This document shows positions 8,385 to 18,753 of a DNA stretch of 64,000 nt, in pieces; positions within the stretch are counted from its first letter, which is position 1; the number at the start of each line of letters is the position of its first letter. The stretch is from assembly GCA_965216315.1 (NCBI GenBank), contig CBDCFN010000016.1, forward strand, positions 32,001 through 96,000, given 5' to 3'. Source of the DNA: a bacterium (lineage in GTDB: Bacteria > UBA10199 > 2-02-FULL-50-16 > JAJFLM01). Under the pieces are notes generated by a model. The model ran no database searches. It was not told the origin of the DNA and saw nothing but the letters and a program-made list of their open reading frames with translations. The position numbers and the translations under genes were made by a program.

Positions 8385-9764
8385 TCAACCGCTGACAAGT
8401 TCGCTTGCATGGGAGCGATCGAAAAGACTGGCGGGATCTTGGCCGACATGGAGATTGGCCTGGAGGTGGGCGGCTGTCTGTTTGAGTGCAAAGGCGAAGC
8501 CCGACGTCGGATCGGCTTCAATGGCCTCACGCACGAGTTGATTGACGTGAGCAGCGCTTTCGGGCGCACCGGCATCGGCAAGCGTACGCGCGAGTTTCGT
8601 CAACAGCATGGCGCGGTCGGAGGCATCACTTATTCTTGAGGCGATGTCTAATGAACTGGTCAGCCAGTTGAGATGCATGAGACGAAGATACCAGTTGAGG
8701 GTGGCCTCCGCGATGAAACTTAAAGTCGTATTGTGACTGGCCTCTGAGGGCTGCTGCGCGATTGCGTTGACCAATTCGTCGATTAGCTGGGGGCCCAGCG
8801 GGCCCAGTCCCGCTGGCGGGAGATTCGCTGCCAGCGTGCGCAGCCGGTGACTGCGGTGGACCGGATCGGTGTCGGCCTGGGCATGGGATAAGATGTGTCG
8901 AAATAATGAGGGGATCAGGGCATGGCGACCTCGTTTGCTGAGAAGGCTCATGGCTTGGCACAACGATGCGGTATCACCTGTCACGTGCAAATCGCTGATG
9001 AGCTGATCGCCCCACTCGTGAAGTCCATGTTGGTAAAATAAGGCAACGTGGCGGAGCAGGCAACGATGACGAGTGCCACTATCTTCAATGCGGCTGAGGG
9101 CGTTACGTGTTTCCGTGAGGAGTGTGAGCGGGCGCGCGATCGCCGGCTGTATCATATACGTTTCACTGATGAGAAATTGGAGTCGCGACTGAAACGAGGC
9201 ATCGGTCAAGCTGAGGCCATCCTGCTTCGCTCGTTCCAGCGCATGTCCTGCGAGCAAAGGCTCCTTATGTTCGGCGGCCTTGCGGGCAAAATAAACGAAA
9301 CTCTGTCCCCGGTATTCAGGCAGACCCATTTGTTCGACTTGCCGCAGTTCCGCTTCCAAGCTTGGATCCAGGTCGATGGACGCTAAACCGGGATGGCCCA
9401 GCTGAAGGGACCCCAAGATTTCGGTGCAATAGCTTTGAATTAAGTCGGGAGCGAGGAAAAAGGGGGTGAAGCCGGGTTGCTGCACGATGCGGGCGAGGCC
9501 TGCCGGGAGGGAGTGATCGGTGCCGAGCTCTCGTTGCAATAAAGTTTGAAAGCGCCAGACGGCCTGACTCAGATCACGGGAGCCGGCTTGAAGGGCCTGG
9601 AGTCCCCGTTCGGGTTGGGCAAAGGCCTGGGCCGCCGTGCGCAGGGCCTGCGGATCCCGCCGCGAAACGGCGCCTTGATCCTGCAGGACCGAGCAGACCA
9701 GGCTGCCAAAGGAGGTGGCCGCGAGAGCCGTGGGTGTTAGCAAGGTTGAGGTAAACATAGACAT
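8385..9764 (-). CDS. Hypothetical alpha-helical repeat (TPR-like) protein with S/T/A/L-rich N-terminus
   Basis: 459-aa ORF; repeated A..I.D...R...L..LA helices. Confidence 0.65.
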   Translation of the reverse strand: MSMFTSTLLTPTALAATSFGSLVCSVLQDQGAVSRRDPQALRTAAQAFAQPERGLQALQAGSRDLSQAVWRFQTLLQRELGTDHSLPAGLARIVQQPGFTPFFLAPDLIQSYCTEILGSLQLGHPGLASIDLDPSLEAELRQVEQMGLPEYRGQSFVYFARKAAEHKEPLLAGHALERAKQDGLSLTDASFQSRLQFLISETYMIQPAIARPLTLLTETRNALSRIEDSGTRHRCLLRHVALFYQHGLHEWGDQLISDLHVTGDTASLCQAMSLLSKRGRHALIPSLFRHILSHAQADTDPVHRSHRLRTLAANLPPAGLGPLGPQLIDELVNAIAQQPSEASHNTTLSFIAEATLNWYLRLMHLNWLTSSLDIASRISDASDRAMLLTKLARTLADAGAPESAAHVNQLVREAIEADPTSGFAFALKQTAAHLQANLHVGQDPASLFDRSHASELVSG

Positions 9765-9812
9765 TGCAAATACTTGTAAATATTAGTTTAAAGGCCCTCC
9801 TGGGGCCGTCCC

Positions 9813-9839
9813 TTATCGACGAAAATTGGGAAATGTTGC
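9813..9839 (-). promoter_or_regulatory. Sigma-28-like promoter (GCAAC-N14-GTCGATAA)
   Basis: Plus strand TTATCGAC 9813-9820 and GTTGC 9835-9839. Confidence 0.7.
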
Positions 9840-9840
9840 T

Positions 9841-10755
9841 ATGTCTTTGATTCAGGCACAAGAGCTCGTGCATCGCTACGGTGACTATGTGGCCGTGGAT
9901 CATATTGATTTTACTATTAAGCAGGGGGAGTGCTTCGGCTTCTTAGGCCCCAATGGGGCCGGTAAGACGACGACGATGCGCATGCTTTACTGTCTGAGCC
10001 CCGTCCACGGCGGGGCGCTCCGCGTCTTAGATATGGACGTCATGGAACAGCCCCGGGAGATCAAGGCCCGCCTTGGGGTGGTCCCGCAAGAGGACAATCT
10101 GGATCCGGACCTGACAGTCTTGCAAAACTTACTCTTGTACGGACGTTTTTTTGGTTTGCCGCGCAGCCAAGCCATGAAGCGTGCTCAAGAATTATTAGGA
10201 TTTATGGGCTTGGCGGAAAAGAAAGACGCGCGGTTGCGTCAGTTGTCAGGTGGAATGCGGCGGCGTTTGTTGATTGCCCGCTCGCTGATTCATGGACCCG
10301 AAATCCTTATTCTAGACGAGCCGACCACCGGTCTCGATCCCCAAGCACGTTATTTGATTTGGCAACAGCTGACTCGTTTGAAAGACGAAGGTGTCACCTT
10401 GGTGTTGACCACGCATTATATGGAGGAGGCCGCCAAGTTATGCGACCGTTTGGTGATCATGGACCATGCGCGTATTTTAGTGGAAGGCGCACCGGCATCA
10501 CTTGTTCAAGAAACGGTGGGCCACGAAGTGATCGAAGTCCGCTCTTCTAATGGAAAGCTGGAGCCGCTCTCGCATCAAGTTCGGGACGGCGGTGGGGACG
10601 TGGAACACGTTGGGGATCATACTTTTTTCTTTTTTAAAGAGATGGGGCAGGCGGAGCCTTTGCTCGCGCAGCTGGCGGGTGAATTCTATGTGCATCGTCC
10701 CGCGACCTTGGAAGATGTTTTTATGAAATTAACGGGAAGGGAATTAAGGGAATGA
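9841..10755 (+). CDS. ABC transporter ATP-binding protein (NodI/DrrA-like)
   Basis: GPNGAGKTT, LSGGM, ILDEPTTGLDP, TTHYMEEA. Confidence 0.92.
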   Translation: MSLIQAQELVHRYGDYVAVDHIDFTIKQGECFGFLGPNGAGKTTTMRMLYCLSPVHGGALRVLDMDVMEQPREIKARLGVVPQEDNLDPDLTVLQNLLLYGRFFGLPRSQAMKRAQELLGFMGLAEKKDARLRQLSGGMRRRLLIARSLIHGPEILILDEPTTGLDPQARYLIWQQLTRLKDEGVTLVLTTHYMEEAAKLCDRLVIMDHARILVEGAPASLVQETVGHEVIEVRSSNGKLEPLSHQVRDGGGDVEHVGDHTFFFFKEMGQAEPLLAQLAGEFYVHRPATLEDVFMKLTGRELRE

Positions 10756-11516
10756 CCGCTTTATCCTACAGAGCGCTCTATGTGTGGTCACGCAATTTTA
10801 CGGTGTGGCAGCGCTATTGGTATACGACCTTTGTCGGTAGCCTGGGAGCACCCGCTCTCTACTTCGTCGCGATTGGGTATGGCTTGGGGAGTTTTATTCG
10901 CGAGGTCGAAGGCATGCCTTATGTCGCCTTCCTGGCGCCGGCCCTCGTCGTCACTTCGATTATGCAGGCCGCTAGTTTTGAGACCACGTATTCTTCTTAT
11001 ACGCGGATGGAAGTTCAACGGACTTACATGGCGATTGCAGTGACCCCCGTCAGTCTTCAAGAAGTCATCGCCGGGGAAATCCTATGGGCGGCAACCAAGG
11101 CAATGGTTCCGGGCGTGATCATGTTTGCGGTAACGATTGCCTTGGGTTTCGCTGAGTCGTGGACGGTCGTATGGGTCTTGCCGTTGATGCCTCTGGTCGG
11201 TTTTCTGTTTGCAACGATCGGCATGCTCATGACGAGTTTTGCCCGGGATTACGATTTTTTTACTTACTTCTTTACCCTGTTCATCGAACCCATGTTTCTT
11301 TTTTCCGGGACCTTCTTTCCGCTCAGTGCGATGCCGGTAGTGATCCAAAAGGCCGCCTGGGTCTTGCCGCTGACGCACCCGGTCTATCTCTGCCGAGCCT
11401 TCTATCGCGGAGTGACTCCGGAGGGCCTGTGGCTCCATGTGGGTTGGTTACTCCTTTTATCGACTGTCCTCTTTGTCTGGACGATTCGGCGGATGGTCAA
11501 TCGTTTGGTCGATTGA
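10752..11516 (+). CDS. ABC-2 type permease (NodJ-like)
   Basis: Six hydrophobic segments, FLFSGTFFP and LPLTH motifs; ATGA overlap with the ATPase gene. Confidence 0.9.
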   Translation: MTALSYRALYVWSRNFTVWQRYWYTTFVGSLGAPALYFVAIGYGLGSFIREVEGMPYVAFLAPALVVTSIMQAASFETTYSSYTRMEVQRTYMAIAVTPVSLQEVIAGEILWAATKAMVPGVIMFAVTIALGFAESWTVVWVLPLMPLVGFLFATIGMLMTSFARDYDFFTYFFTLFIEPMFLFSGTFFPLSAMPVVIQKAAWVLPLTHPVYLCRAFYRGVTPEGLWLHVGWLLLLSTVLFVWTIRRMVNRLVD

Positions 11517-11611
11517 TGCCTAACTGTCTATTATTGCTATCATTTTGATAAAATAAACACTTCTTGTAAAATTAATTAACAATTTCTGCCATAATCCCTA
11601 GTGAAATTGCT

Positions 11612-14600
11612 ATGTCTCCGCGCAGTGATAAGAATATAGACATTGCCAGCTGGCAGCGTCATCGCCGGATTGGCGCCGGGGCCTTCGGGGAAGTTTGGTT
11701 GGTTGAGGATCCACTGCGCAAGCAGCCGGTGGCCCTTAAGTTTCTCAAATTGGAGCACAGTACGCCGGAAGAACTTGAGCTCTTTAAGCGCGAATTTGCA
11801 CTGCTTTCGGAATTGCGGCACACGCATCTCGCCCAAGTCTACAACTTTGGTTACTCCGAAAAAGAAGAACAATATTATTTTACCTCGGAGTTCTGTCCGG
11901 GAAGCCCTTTATTGGAGGCCCTTGAGAATCAATCGGTCAGTTATTTTGAACAGGTGCTTGTTCAAATCCTGACGGCGCTTGATTATGTCCACGGCAACGG
12001 GACGATTCATTTCGATATTAAATCGGACAATATTTTGGTGGACGATCGTGAGGGAACGCCTGCCGTTAAGATTCTCGATTTTGGAGTGGCGGCCAAACTC
12101 AAGACACTTCCTCAGGGAATGACGGGGACGCCGGCTTATATGGCGCCGGAGGTCATTACCCAAAGTGATCAGATTGATCATCGGGTCGATCTCTATTCGT
12201 TGGGCATGTTGTGTTTTCGTGCGTTGACGAAATCGCTGCCGTTTAATGCCGCTGTGATGAATGATGCGATGCAGTGGCATTTGCGAGGCAAATTGACGGA
12301 TGAAGATTGGCGCGGACATGAGGTTCCCGATTATTTACGTGAATTGACCGAAAAACTCTTGGCCAAGAATCCGTCAGAGCGATTTTCGAGTGCGCGTGTT
12401 GTCTTGAATTTTATCAATATTGCGACGGGTCAAAAGTATCAGGATGCCGAGGCCGAGCTGGAATGGAAGTTACCCGCGACCGGTCCGCTCGTCGGCAGAG
12501 AGAGCGTGTTGGAGCAATTGGAACATCTCATGGCGGGTGCTACGGCCGATGGCCAATCCATTGCGGAGTCGGCCGTCTGCTTTCTGTCCGGAGAATCGGG
12601 AATCGGCAAGAGTCGCTTAATCGACGAAATGCGGCGTCGCATCGAGCTGCAGGAGATTCCTTTCTTCAGCATTGTTTGCGACTGGCAAATTCCGGAATGG
12701 CCGCAATTGGCTGATTGGCTTCAATTGGAGTCGTTGGCCGGTGACGAACTCAGTGAAGAGTGGCAGACCAAACGGCGCGTCGATGCGATCATCGACGAAG
12801 CCAAGCAGCGGCCGCTTTGTCTCTTGATCGATGACTTCCATAAGGCGGACCGTGACATGCGTTTGTTCGTTGAAAGCCTGGCGCAACGGAGTCGAAAAGA
12901 GCGTGAAGCGGGCCATGCCGTGCCCATCTTTGCCCTCGTTGCTGGTGATACCGAACGCGATGAGGGGATGCAGATTCAGCGTTTAAGCGAGGCTCACATT
13001 ACTCAGTACACCCAACTGGTGCTCGGAGATAGTGACCGCCTTGATGATGTTGCTAAGGTGTTGCAGCAATATTCAGGCGGGCTCCCCTTGTTGATGGTCG
13101 AGGGGCTCCGTTATATGGCGCCACACATCTACCGACAAGAACCCATCGAAAACCTGATGCCGCCCCCGCAGATAGGAGATCTCTATGCTGAGCGCATCCA
13201 ATCACTGAATGAAGCCGAACGGGAGTTTTTGCTGACGATTGCGCTTGTTTTTCGACCGACCAGCCAAGAGGAACTGACAAAAATATTGGGTAAACCGCTT
13301 GCTGAGGTTGCGCAGTTAGCTGTGGCGTGTCAGCGGCAAGGATTGACTAAAGAGACGACGGCGCTTCATGATGCCAAACATTACCAGGCGTCGAGTCAAG
13401 CGCTTGCGCTGGATCTCATCCGTATCATTGATGCAGAGCAGCGGCAACGCATTCATCTCCAGATTGCTCGAGGCCTTGAACAAATTGGTTCGAGTTCAAA
13501 AGAAGAACTGGGCTTTCATATGGCGAAGGGGGGGGAGACGGAAAAAGGACGCCAGTATTACACGGAGGCGGGAGAGGCCTTGAAGCTGGCCGGTCAGATC
13601 GCATCGGCCGCTCAGTATTTTGATAAGGCGATTGAGTTGGCAACGCCTCATTCAAAGGATTGGCAGCAACTCATTGAAAAGACGACGCGGCTACTCGTCC
13701 TCTCAGGGGCGTTCGCCGACGCTTCGGAGCATCTTGAGCGTCTCAAGGATGTTCCGTCGGCCACACGTGAGGAATTAAAGGGGTGGTTGGCCTTCAAGCA
13801 ACGTCAGTTTGCCCCGGCACGTGAAGCTTATCAGAAGGCGCTGCAACTTCTGGCGGGGACGCGTTCGGTGGATCGTATCATTATTGAGAATTCGCTTGGC
13901 AATGTGGATTTGCAGGATGGCCAATTCATAGCTGCTGAGTCGCGTTTTCAGGAGACGCTCAAAGAAGAGGAAAGCCTGCCGCCAAAAGAGCTGAAGCGGG
14001 TGAGTAATAACAATTTGGGCTTGGTGTTGGCCGTGCAGGGCAAGACCGATGAGGCGGTGGTTTTTTATCAGCAGCGGCTGGCGCGTCTGGCTCCGGATCA
14101 GATGACAGATAGGATTTCGTTATTGAATGGCCTGGGTTATGCGTTGATTCAGGCCTCTCGCTATGATGAAGCGATTGAGTATTTGGATCAGGCGCGCGAA
14201 CTTGCCGAAAAGTCGGGAGCCTTGCATGCGCTCTTTTCGATTATGGGAAATCTGATTACCTCACTGCTCAAGGAAGCACGCTATGCTGAGAGCCTTCCCC
14301 TCTTGAAAAAGATTATTGGTCACCAGGAACGGCTCGGCAACAGTCGCGATGTGGCGTTCAACTTGTTACGACAAGGGAGTACCTACCTGACTTTGGGTAT
14401 GGTTGAGGCGGCCGAGGAATGTTTCGAGAAAGGGCGTCGAGTGGCCCAGTCTACAAGTGCTCCTAGCGTTGCGGCCTGGTTTCTCTTGATGAGGGGTTAT
14501 CGGGAGCGTGAATACGGAACTATCAGTAAGGCGAATGAATTTTATCAGCAGACTCTAGCCGAGGCTGAGGCGATACCGGATCAGGCTTTGGCGGACTGGG

Positions 14601-16708
14601 CCTATTATTCACTGGGAGATGTGAGTTATGAGGCCGGGGATCTGAATCAGTGCGCGGAATACGTCGCTAAGATCCATTCTGATTCTCAGGATCAGGAGTT
14701 TGAAGCGAGGCGGCGCTTATTGGCACTCAAACTGGGGGTGGCGCGTGGCGACGAGATGGACATCGACAAAGAGTTCGAACAGTTGGTCCAGACCTGCGAT
14801 CAAGGAAAGTATCGCGAAGTCCTTTGGGAGGTTTATGATGGTTGGGGCCGCATTTATTTAAAGGCTGGTCAGCAGGAACGCGCGTGCCAATTATTCAAAC
14901 AGGCTATGGAGACGCTGGATAGAATTGTCAGCACGATTCCGGAAGAATACCGCGATCGCTACATGAAGCAAAATGCGCGGGCCCGTTTGCAGCGTGACCT
15001 GAAAAAACTTGAAGCGGCACCGGCCTCGATATCGGTATGGAACGCGCCGGTGAAAAAGACCTGGCCCCAAGTCTCTTCAACCTCCGATACGATTGCCCAG
15101 GGACAATCACATTCGCAGCTCAGTGCCTCCGAACTTGAACAGTCGCTCAATTACCTACTTGAGATCAACAAACGCATGGTTTCCGAACGAGACCCGCAAC
15201 GGCTGCTTGAAGAGATTATGGATACGGCTATTGAGATGGCAGGAACCGAAGAAGGTTTGTTGCTCATTCCCAATGCCGCTGATGAACTGGAGACGCGCAT
15301 TGCGCGCAACATTAACAAATCAGATATCGATCGTGTGCATTTTTCCGAGTCGGTTGCCCGTGAGGTTTTTGCAAGTGGTGAAGCAATTTTTTCGATTAAT
15401 GCGATGTCAGATACCAAGCTCAGTAGTTTTGAGAGCGTTGTGAGTCGTGGACTCATGACGGTTATTTGCCTTCCCCTCAAGATTCAAAACAAAGTGATCG
15501 GTGTTATTTACATGGGGACGAAGAAACATCTCATCGTACCAGATCAATTGCTACGTATCTTGCAGGCATTCGCCGACCTTTCGTCACTTGCCTTGCGCAA
15601 TGCGGAGATATTCCAGAATCAGGCCAGGGACAACGAGCGGCTCCAAGCGGATCTTTCGTTGACCCAGCAGGAATTAGAGGAAAAGGCCGAACAGCTTCAG
15701 GAGCTTGAGTCGCTTGCATCCGTTGCCCCGCGCAAGACAGTCTTTCCTTATGAAGAGATTATTGGAAAGTCCTCTCAGATGGAACAGGTTCTCCAGACCT
15801 TGGACAAGATCACGAATGCCAAGGTGCCGGTATTCTTGTTCGGCGAGACGGGGACGGGTAAAGAACTGCTGGCGCGAGCCCTGCACCAGAATAGTATTCG
15901 CGCCCGCCATGCCTTTGTTGCGATCAATTGTTCGGCTTTTACCGAGACCATTTTGGAAAGCGAGCTCTTTGGCTCAGTCAAGGGGGCCTTTACCGGAGCG
16001 GATCGGGACCGCAAGGGGCTGTTTGAACAGGCCCATCAAGGGACGCTCTTTTTAGATGAAGTGGCGGATATGAGCCTGAGCATGCAGGCGAAATTATTAC
16101 GGGTGATCCAAGAGCAGGAATTGATGCGTGTCGGTGGGCGAGAGCCGATCAAGGTCGATGTGCGCATCGTTGCAGCGGCCAATCGCGACCTGAAGAAAAT
16201 GGTCCATGACGGCGAATTTCGCGAGGATCTCTATTTTCGCCTCGCGGGAGTGACGATCAAGTTGCCTCCCTTGCGCGATCGGCGTGATGACATTCCATTG
16301 CTCGCCAAGCATCTCATCGATAAAATTCGCAACACTAATAACATCAAATCAGAATTAAGGCTTTCTAAAGAGGCTTTACGCATTCTTTTGCAGCATGGAT
16401 GGCCCGGTAATATTCGCGAGCTGGAGCAATGTCTCACCAATGCCTGCCTCTTTGCAGAGAGCGAGGTGATTGAGCCGGAACAGATCATTTTGGCAGGGAC
16501 GATGGTGACAGAGGCCAAACCGAGTCTATCGACCCCGGCCTCCCTCATCGAATTCAACCCCGAGCGCAGTCTCGAAGACTATGAGTGTGAGATTATCCGC
16601 CGGACCGTCGAGTTCTACGATGGCAACAAGAGCGAGGCCTCCCGTCGCCTGGGGCTCTCGCGACTGACCCTATATAAAAAATTGAAAGCTCCTTCATCAG
16701 TTCATTAA
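11612..16708 (+). CDS. Hybrid Ser/Thr kinase - P-loop ATPase - TPR - GAF - sigma-54 activator - Fis HTH
   Basis: IGAGAFGEV, VALK, HFDIKSDN, DFG, APE; GESGIGKS; TPRs; GAF; GETGTGKE, GAFTGA, WPGNIREL; C-terminal HTH. Confidence 0.9.
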   Translation: MSPRSDKNIDIASWQRHRRIGAGAFGEVWLVEDPLRKQPVALKFLKLEHSTPEELELFKREFALLSELRHTHLAQVYNFGYSEKEEQYYFTSEFCPGSPLLEALENQSVSYFEQVLVQILTALDYVHGNGTIHFDIKSDNILVDDREGTPAVKILDFGVAAKLKTLPQGMTGTPAYMAPEVITQSDQIDHRVDLYSLGMLCFRALTKSLPFNAAVMNDAMQWHLRGKLTDEDWRGHEVPDYLRELTEKLLAKNPSERFSSARVVLNFINIATGQKYQDAEAELEWKLPATGPLVGRESVLEQLEHLMAGATADGQSIAESAVCFLSGESGIGKSRLIDEMRRRIELQEIPFFSIVCDWQIPEWPQLADWLQLESLAGDELSEEWQTKRRVDAIIDEAKQRPLCLLIDDFHKADRDMRLFVESLAQRSRKEREAGHAVPIFALVAGDTERDEGMQIQRLSEAHITQYTQLVLGDSDRLDDVAKVLQQYSGGLPLLMVEGLRYMAPHIYRQEPIENLMPPPQIGDLYAERIQSLNEAEREFLLTIALVFRPTSQEELTKILGKPLAEVAQLAVACQRQGLTKETTALHDAKHYQASSQALALDLIRIIDAEQRQRIHLQIARGLEQIGSSSKEELGFHMAKGGETEKGRQYYTEAGEALKLAGQIASAAQYFDKAIELATPHSKDWQQLIEKTTRLLVLSGAFADASEHLERLKDVPSATREELKGWLAFKQRQFAPAREAYQKALQLLAGTRSVDRIIIENSLGNVDLQDGQFIAAESRFQETLKEEESLPPKELKRVSNNNLGLVLAVQGKTDEAVVFYQQRLARLAPDQMTDRISLLNGLGYALIQASRYDEAIEYLDQARELAEKSGALHALFSIMGNLITSLLKEARYAESLPLLKKIIGHQERLGNSRDVAFNLLRQGSTYLTLGMVEAAEECFEKGRRVAQSTSAPSVAAWFLLMRGYREREYGTISKANEFYQQTLAEAEAIPDQALADWAYYSLGDVSYEAGDLNQCAEYVAKIHSDSQDQEFEARRRLLALKLGVARGDEMDIDKEFEQLVQTCDQGKYREVLWEVYDGWGRIYLKAGQQERACQLFKQAMETLDRIVSTIPEEYRDRYMKQNARARLQRDLKKLEAAPASISVWNAPVKKTWPQVSSTSDTIAQGQSHSQLSASELEQSLNYLLEINKRMVSERDPQRLLEEIMDTAIEMAGTEEGLLLIPNAADELETRIARNINKSDIDRVHFSESVAREVFASGEAIFSINAMSDTKLSSFESVVSRGLMTVICLPLKIQNKVIGVIYMGTKKHLIVPDQLLRILQAFADLSSLALRNAEIFQNQARDNERLQADLSLTQQELEEKAEQLQELESLASVAPRKTVFPYEEIIGKSSQMEQVLQTLDKITNAKVPVFLFGETGTGKELLARALHQNSIRARHAFVAINCSAFTETILESELFGSVKGAFTGADRDRKGLFEQAHQGTLFLDEVADMSLSMQAKLLRVIQEQELMRVGGREPIKVDVRIVAAANRDLKKMVHDGEFREDLYFRLAGVTIKLPPLRDRRDDIPLLAKHLIDKIRNTNNIKSELRLSKEALRILLQHGWPGNIRELEQCLTNACLFAESEVIEPEQIILAGTMVTEAKPSLSTPASLIEFNPERSLEDYECEIIRRTVEFYDGNKSEASRRLGLSRLTLYKKLKAPSSVH

Positions 16709-16841
16709 TTATCCAATACCTGCTTAATTGCTGAACAACCTGTTAAACAAGCTGTCCAGAATCTAAACAGTGTCAACTGGGACCTGCGCTCCCCACACAT
16801 GAGAACTTCCTGTAATTATTGAAGAATTTATTTCACCTGTC

Positions 16842-16857
16842 TGGCACGCAACGTGCA
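16842..16857 (+). promoter_or_regulatory. Sigma-54 -24/-12 promoter
   Basis: TGGCACGcaacGTGCA (GG-N10-GC); IHF-like TAATTATTGAA upstream. Confidence 0.75.
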
Positions 16858-16893
16858 TTAACATTGGGTGGTTACTCGATAAGGAGATTAGAG

Positions 16894-16992
16894 ATGAGGG
16901 GTTCAATAATCACAAAATTGCTTGTCGGAACGGTAATGGTTGCCAGTCTGATGATCGGCTTCGGCCAATGGAATCTGAAGATTGGTAAGTAA
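16894..16992 (+). CDS. 32-aa hydrophobic microprotein MRGSIITKLLVGTVMVASLMIGFGQWNLKIGK
   Basis: Hand-translated; TAAGGAG RBS; first ORF after the sigma-54 promoter. Confidence 0.6.
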   Translation: MRGSIITKLLVGTVMVASLMIGFGQWNLKIGK

Positions 16993-17021
16993 GGACGAGC
17001 GGGGAATCAAGGAGAGCTATC

Positions 17022-17225
17022 ATGCACGTTACTCATCAATCACATCATCAAGGAGCGATTTGGTCGTTGATTTACTGGGTCGAAGATCATCTTCATTTTA
17101 AAAAGCATGCATCACGGCATGCGGCATCGCACCATATTCGCAAGGCTCATAACGAGTTTTTGGATGATGTCAGCTTTTTTAAAGATGACGAAGAGTTTGA
17201 TGCATACATGCAGGACTTGGGCTGA
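17022..17225 (+). CDS. 67-aa His-rich small protein with acidic tail
   Basis: AAGGAG RBS; His-rich N-terminal part, acidic/aromatic C-terminus. Confidence 0.65.
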   Translation: MHVTHQSHHQGAIWSLIYWVEDHLHFKKHASRHAASHHIRKAHNEFLDDVSFFKDDEEFDAYMQDLG

Positions 17226-17298
17226 CGCTACCCTTGATTGGGCCTAGGGGGCCCAAGTCCTCCTCCCCAGTCATAAAATGACAATGGAAAGGGTGATA

Positions 17299-17397
17299 AT
17301 GTTCCAGTGGTTTAAAGACGTCGCAATTGTCACCGTGATTATAACCGGCTCATTGATATTAAAATTATTGGTCCCCGCATCGAAAGAGGAAGAGTGA
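17299..17397 (+). CDS. 32-aa single-TM microprotein MFQWFKDVAIVTVIITGSLILKLLVPASKEEE
   Basis: Hand-translated; AAGGGTG RBS-like; in-frame ATGs also at 17278 and 17284. Confidence 0.5.
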   Translation: MFQWFKDVAIVTVIITGSLILKLLVPASKEEE

Positions 17398-17414
17398 TTT
17401 AAAGGAGTGTATCA

Positions 17415-18698
17415 CTAAGGGTTCATGCGGTGGAAGTTCACGCGGCGATTGCGTGCCCGGCCTTCTCGAGTGTCGTTGGAGGCCGCCGGTTCATCTTCGC
17501 CGACCCCGGTCGGCGTCAACGTGACGTTTGCCGGGATGCCGCGTTGATTGAGATAATCCGCGACTTTGCGGGCGCGCTTTTCAGAGAGGCGCTGGTTGTA
17601 GTCAGCCCGACCGCGACTGTCCGTATGCCCCCGGACCTCCAAGGGTCCGACGTGGGGCTTTTTATTTATTTTAGTGGAGAGGTCATCAAGTGTTTCTCTC
17701 GAGTCTTGGTCGAGACGCGAGCGATTGGAATTAAAGTAAACATTGGTTCCTACAATATCGCCGTAGTGTTCACGCGCGCGTTCACGTCTTTTTTGGAATT
17801 GATGCCGAAACGCGAGCCGCAGAAAACCACGGAACTTAGGGGCCTTGACTCCGCAGACGCCACAACTGCCGCCACCCGCGGCGAGACTAAAACCGGACTC
17901 GCCAATGTCCCACCGGACTCCGCCAAGAAACTCTACCGGGCTCTCTTCTTTTTCACTGAAAAAGGCTCGATAGGCTGTGTTGGCTTGTACTTCTGCGGAT
18001 AAAGTGACGTTGTTGACGGGGCGTAGTGAAAGGCCGAGGTTACTTAAAAAGCGGTGGTTCATGTTGACGTTGTTGATAATTACACGTTCTCGAAACTCCG
18101 AACCGACATTCAAGGCCAAGCGGACGTACTCATTGAATTTTACGTCACCAATCACCCGCATCCCACCCAAGATGCGTGATTCACCGAGATAGACTTCGTC
18201 CCCGTTGAAAGGAATGATAATGAAGGGTTCGAGGGCAAGCCCAAAGGTATGGACATCGGCGTTGACGAGGCGGATTTTCGTAGTGAACCGCAAATCCCCC
18301 ACTCGTCGACGGGTACTGAGGGGTGCCGCCGGGGCTACGGTCGGGTCGGAGACACGGGCATAGCTGAAGATGGGAATTGAGACGCCGATCTGCCAGTTAT
18401 CGAAAAAACCAAAGCCGAGTGAAAGTGTATGGGCCAGGTACTTGGCGACAACATCGGGGACAGCGGCACCGGTCGTTGTCGTTCCTTTAATAGGCCGGTG
18501 GGCGTAGGTGTTGTCGAGTTCGATAAAGAACTCGCGTTGTTTCAGTCCTTCGCTCGAAGACATGCTGAAGTAGTTGCGATCTCCGACGGAAGGCCACAAA
18601 TCGTAAGCGGAGAATCGCGTCGATGTCGCATGGCTCAATTGTGGAATGATACAGCTGAAAAGCAGCGCGATGCTGCCCGCTAAGAATCGCTTCGACAC
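17415..18698 (-). CDS. Outer-membrane beta-barrel + OmpA C-terminal domain (TraB-like architecture)
   Basis: Signal peptide; GDLRF..K and P.FR barrel motifs; GHTDSRG...NQRLSEKRA...GRARNRRV OmpA motif. Confidence 0.85.
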   Translation of the reverse strand: MSKRFLAGSIALLFSCIIPQLSHATSTRFSAYDLWPSVGDRNYFSMSSSEGLKQREFFIELDNTYAHRPIKGTTTTGAAVPDVVAKYLAHTLSLGFGFFDNWQIGVSIPIFSYARVSDPTVAPAAPLSTRRRVGDLRFTTKIRLVNADVHTFGLALEPFIIIPFNGDEVYLGESRILGGMRVIGDVKFNEYVRLALNVGSEFRERVIINNVNMNHRFLSNLGLSLRPVNNVTLSAEVQANTAYRAFFSEKEESPVEFLGGVRWDIGESGFSLAAGGGSCGVCGVKAPKFRGFLRLAFRHQFQKRRERAREHYGDIVGTNVYFNSNRSRLDQDSRETLDDLSTKINKKPHVGPLEVRGHTDSRGRADYNQRLSEKRARKVADYLNQRGIPANVTLTPTGVGEDEPAASNDTREGRARNRRVNFHRMNP

Positions 18699-18753
18699 CC
18701 CCGTCCCCCAATCTTGGGGCGCATCTTAGGGAAAAAGGGGGAGGGCGTCAACA

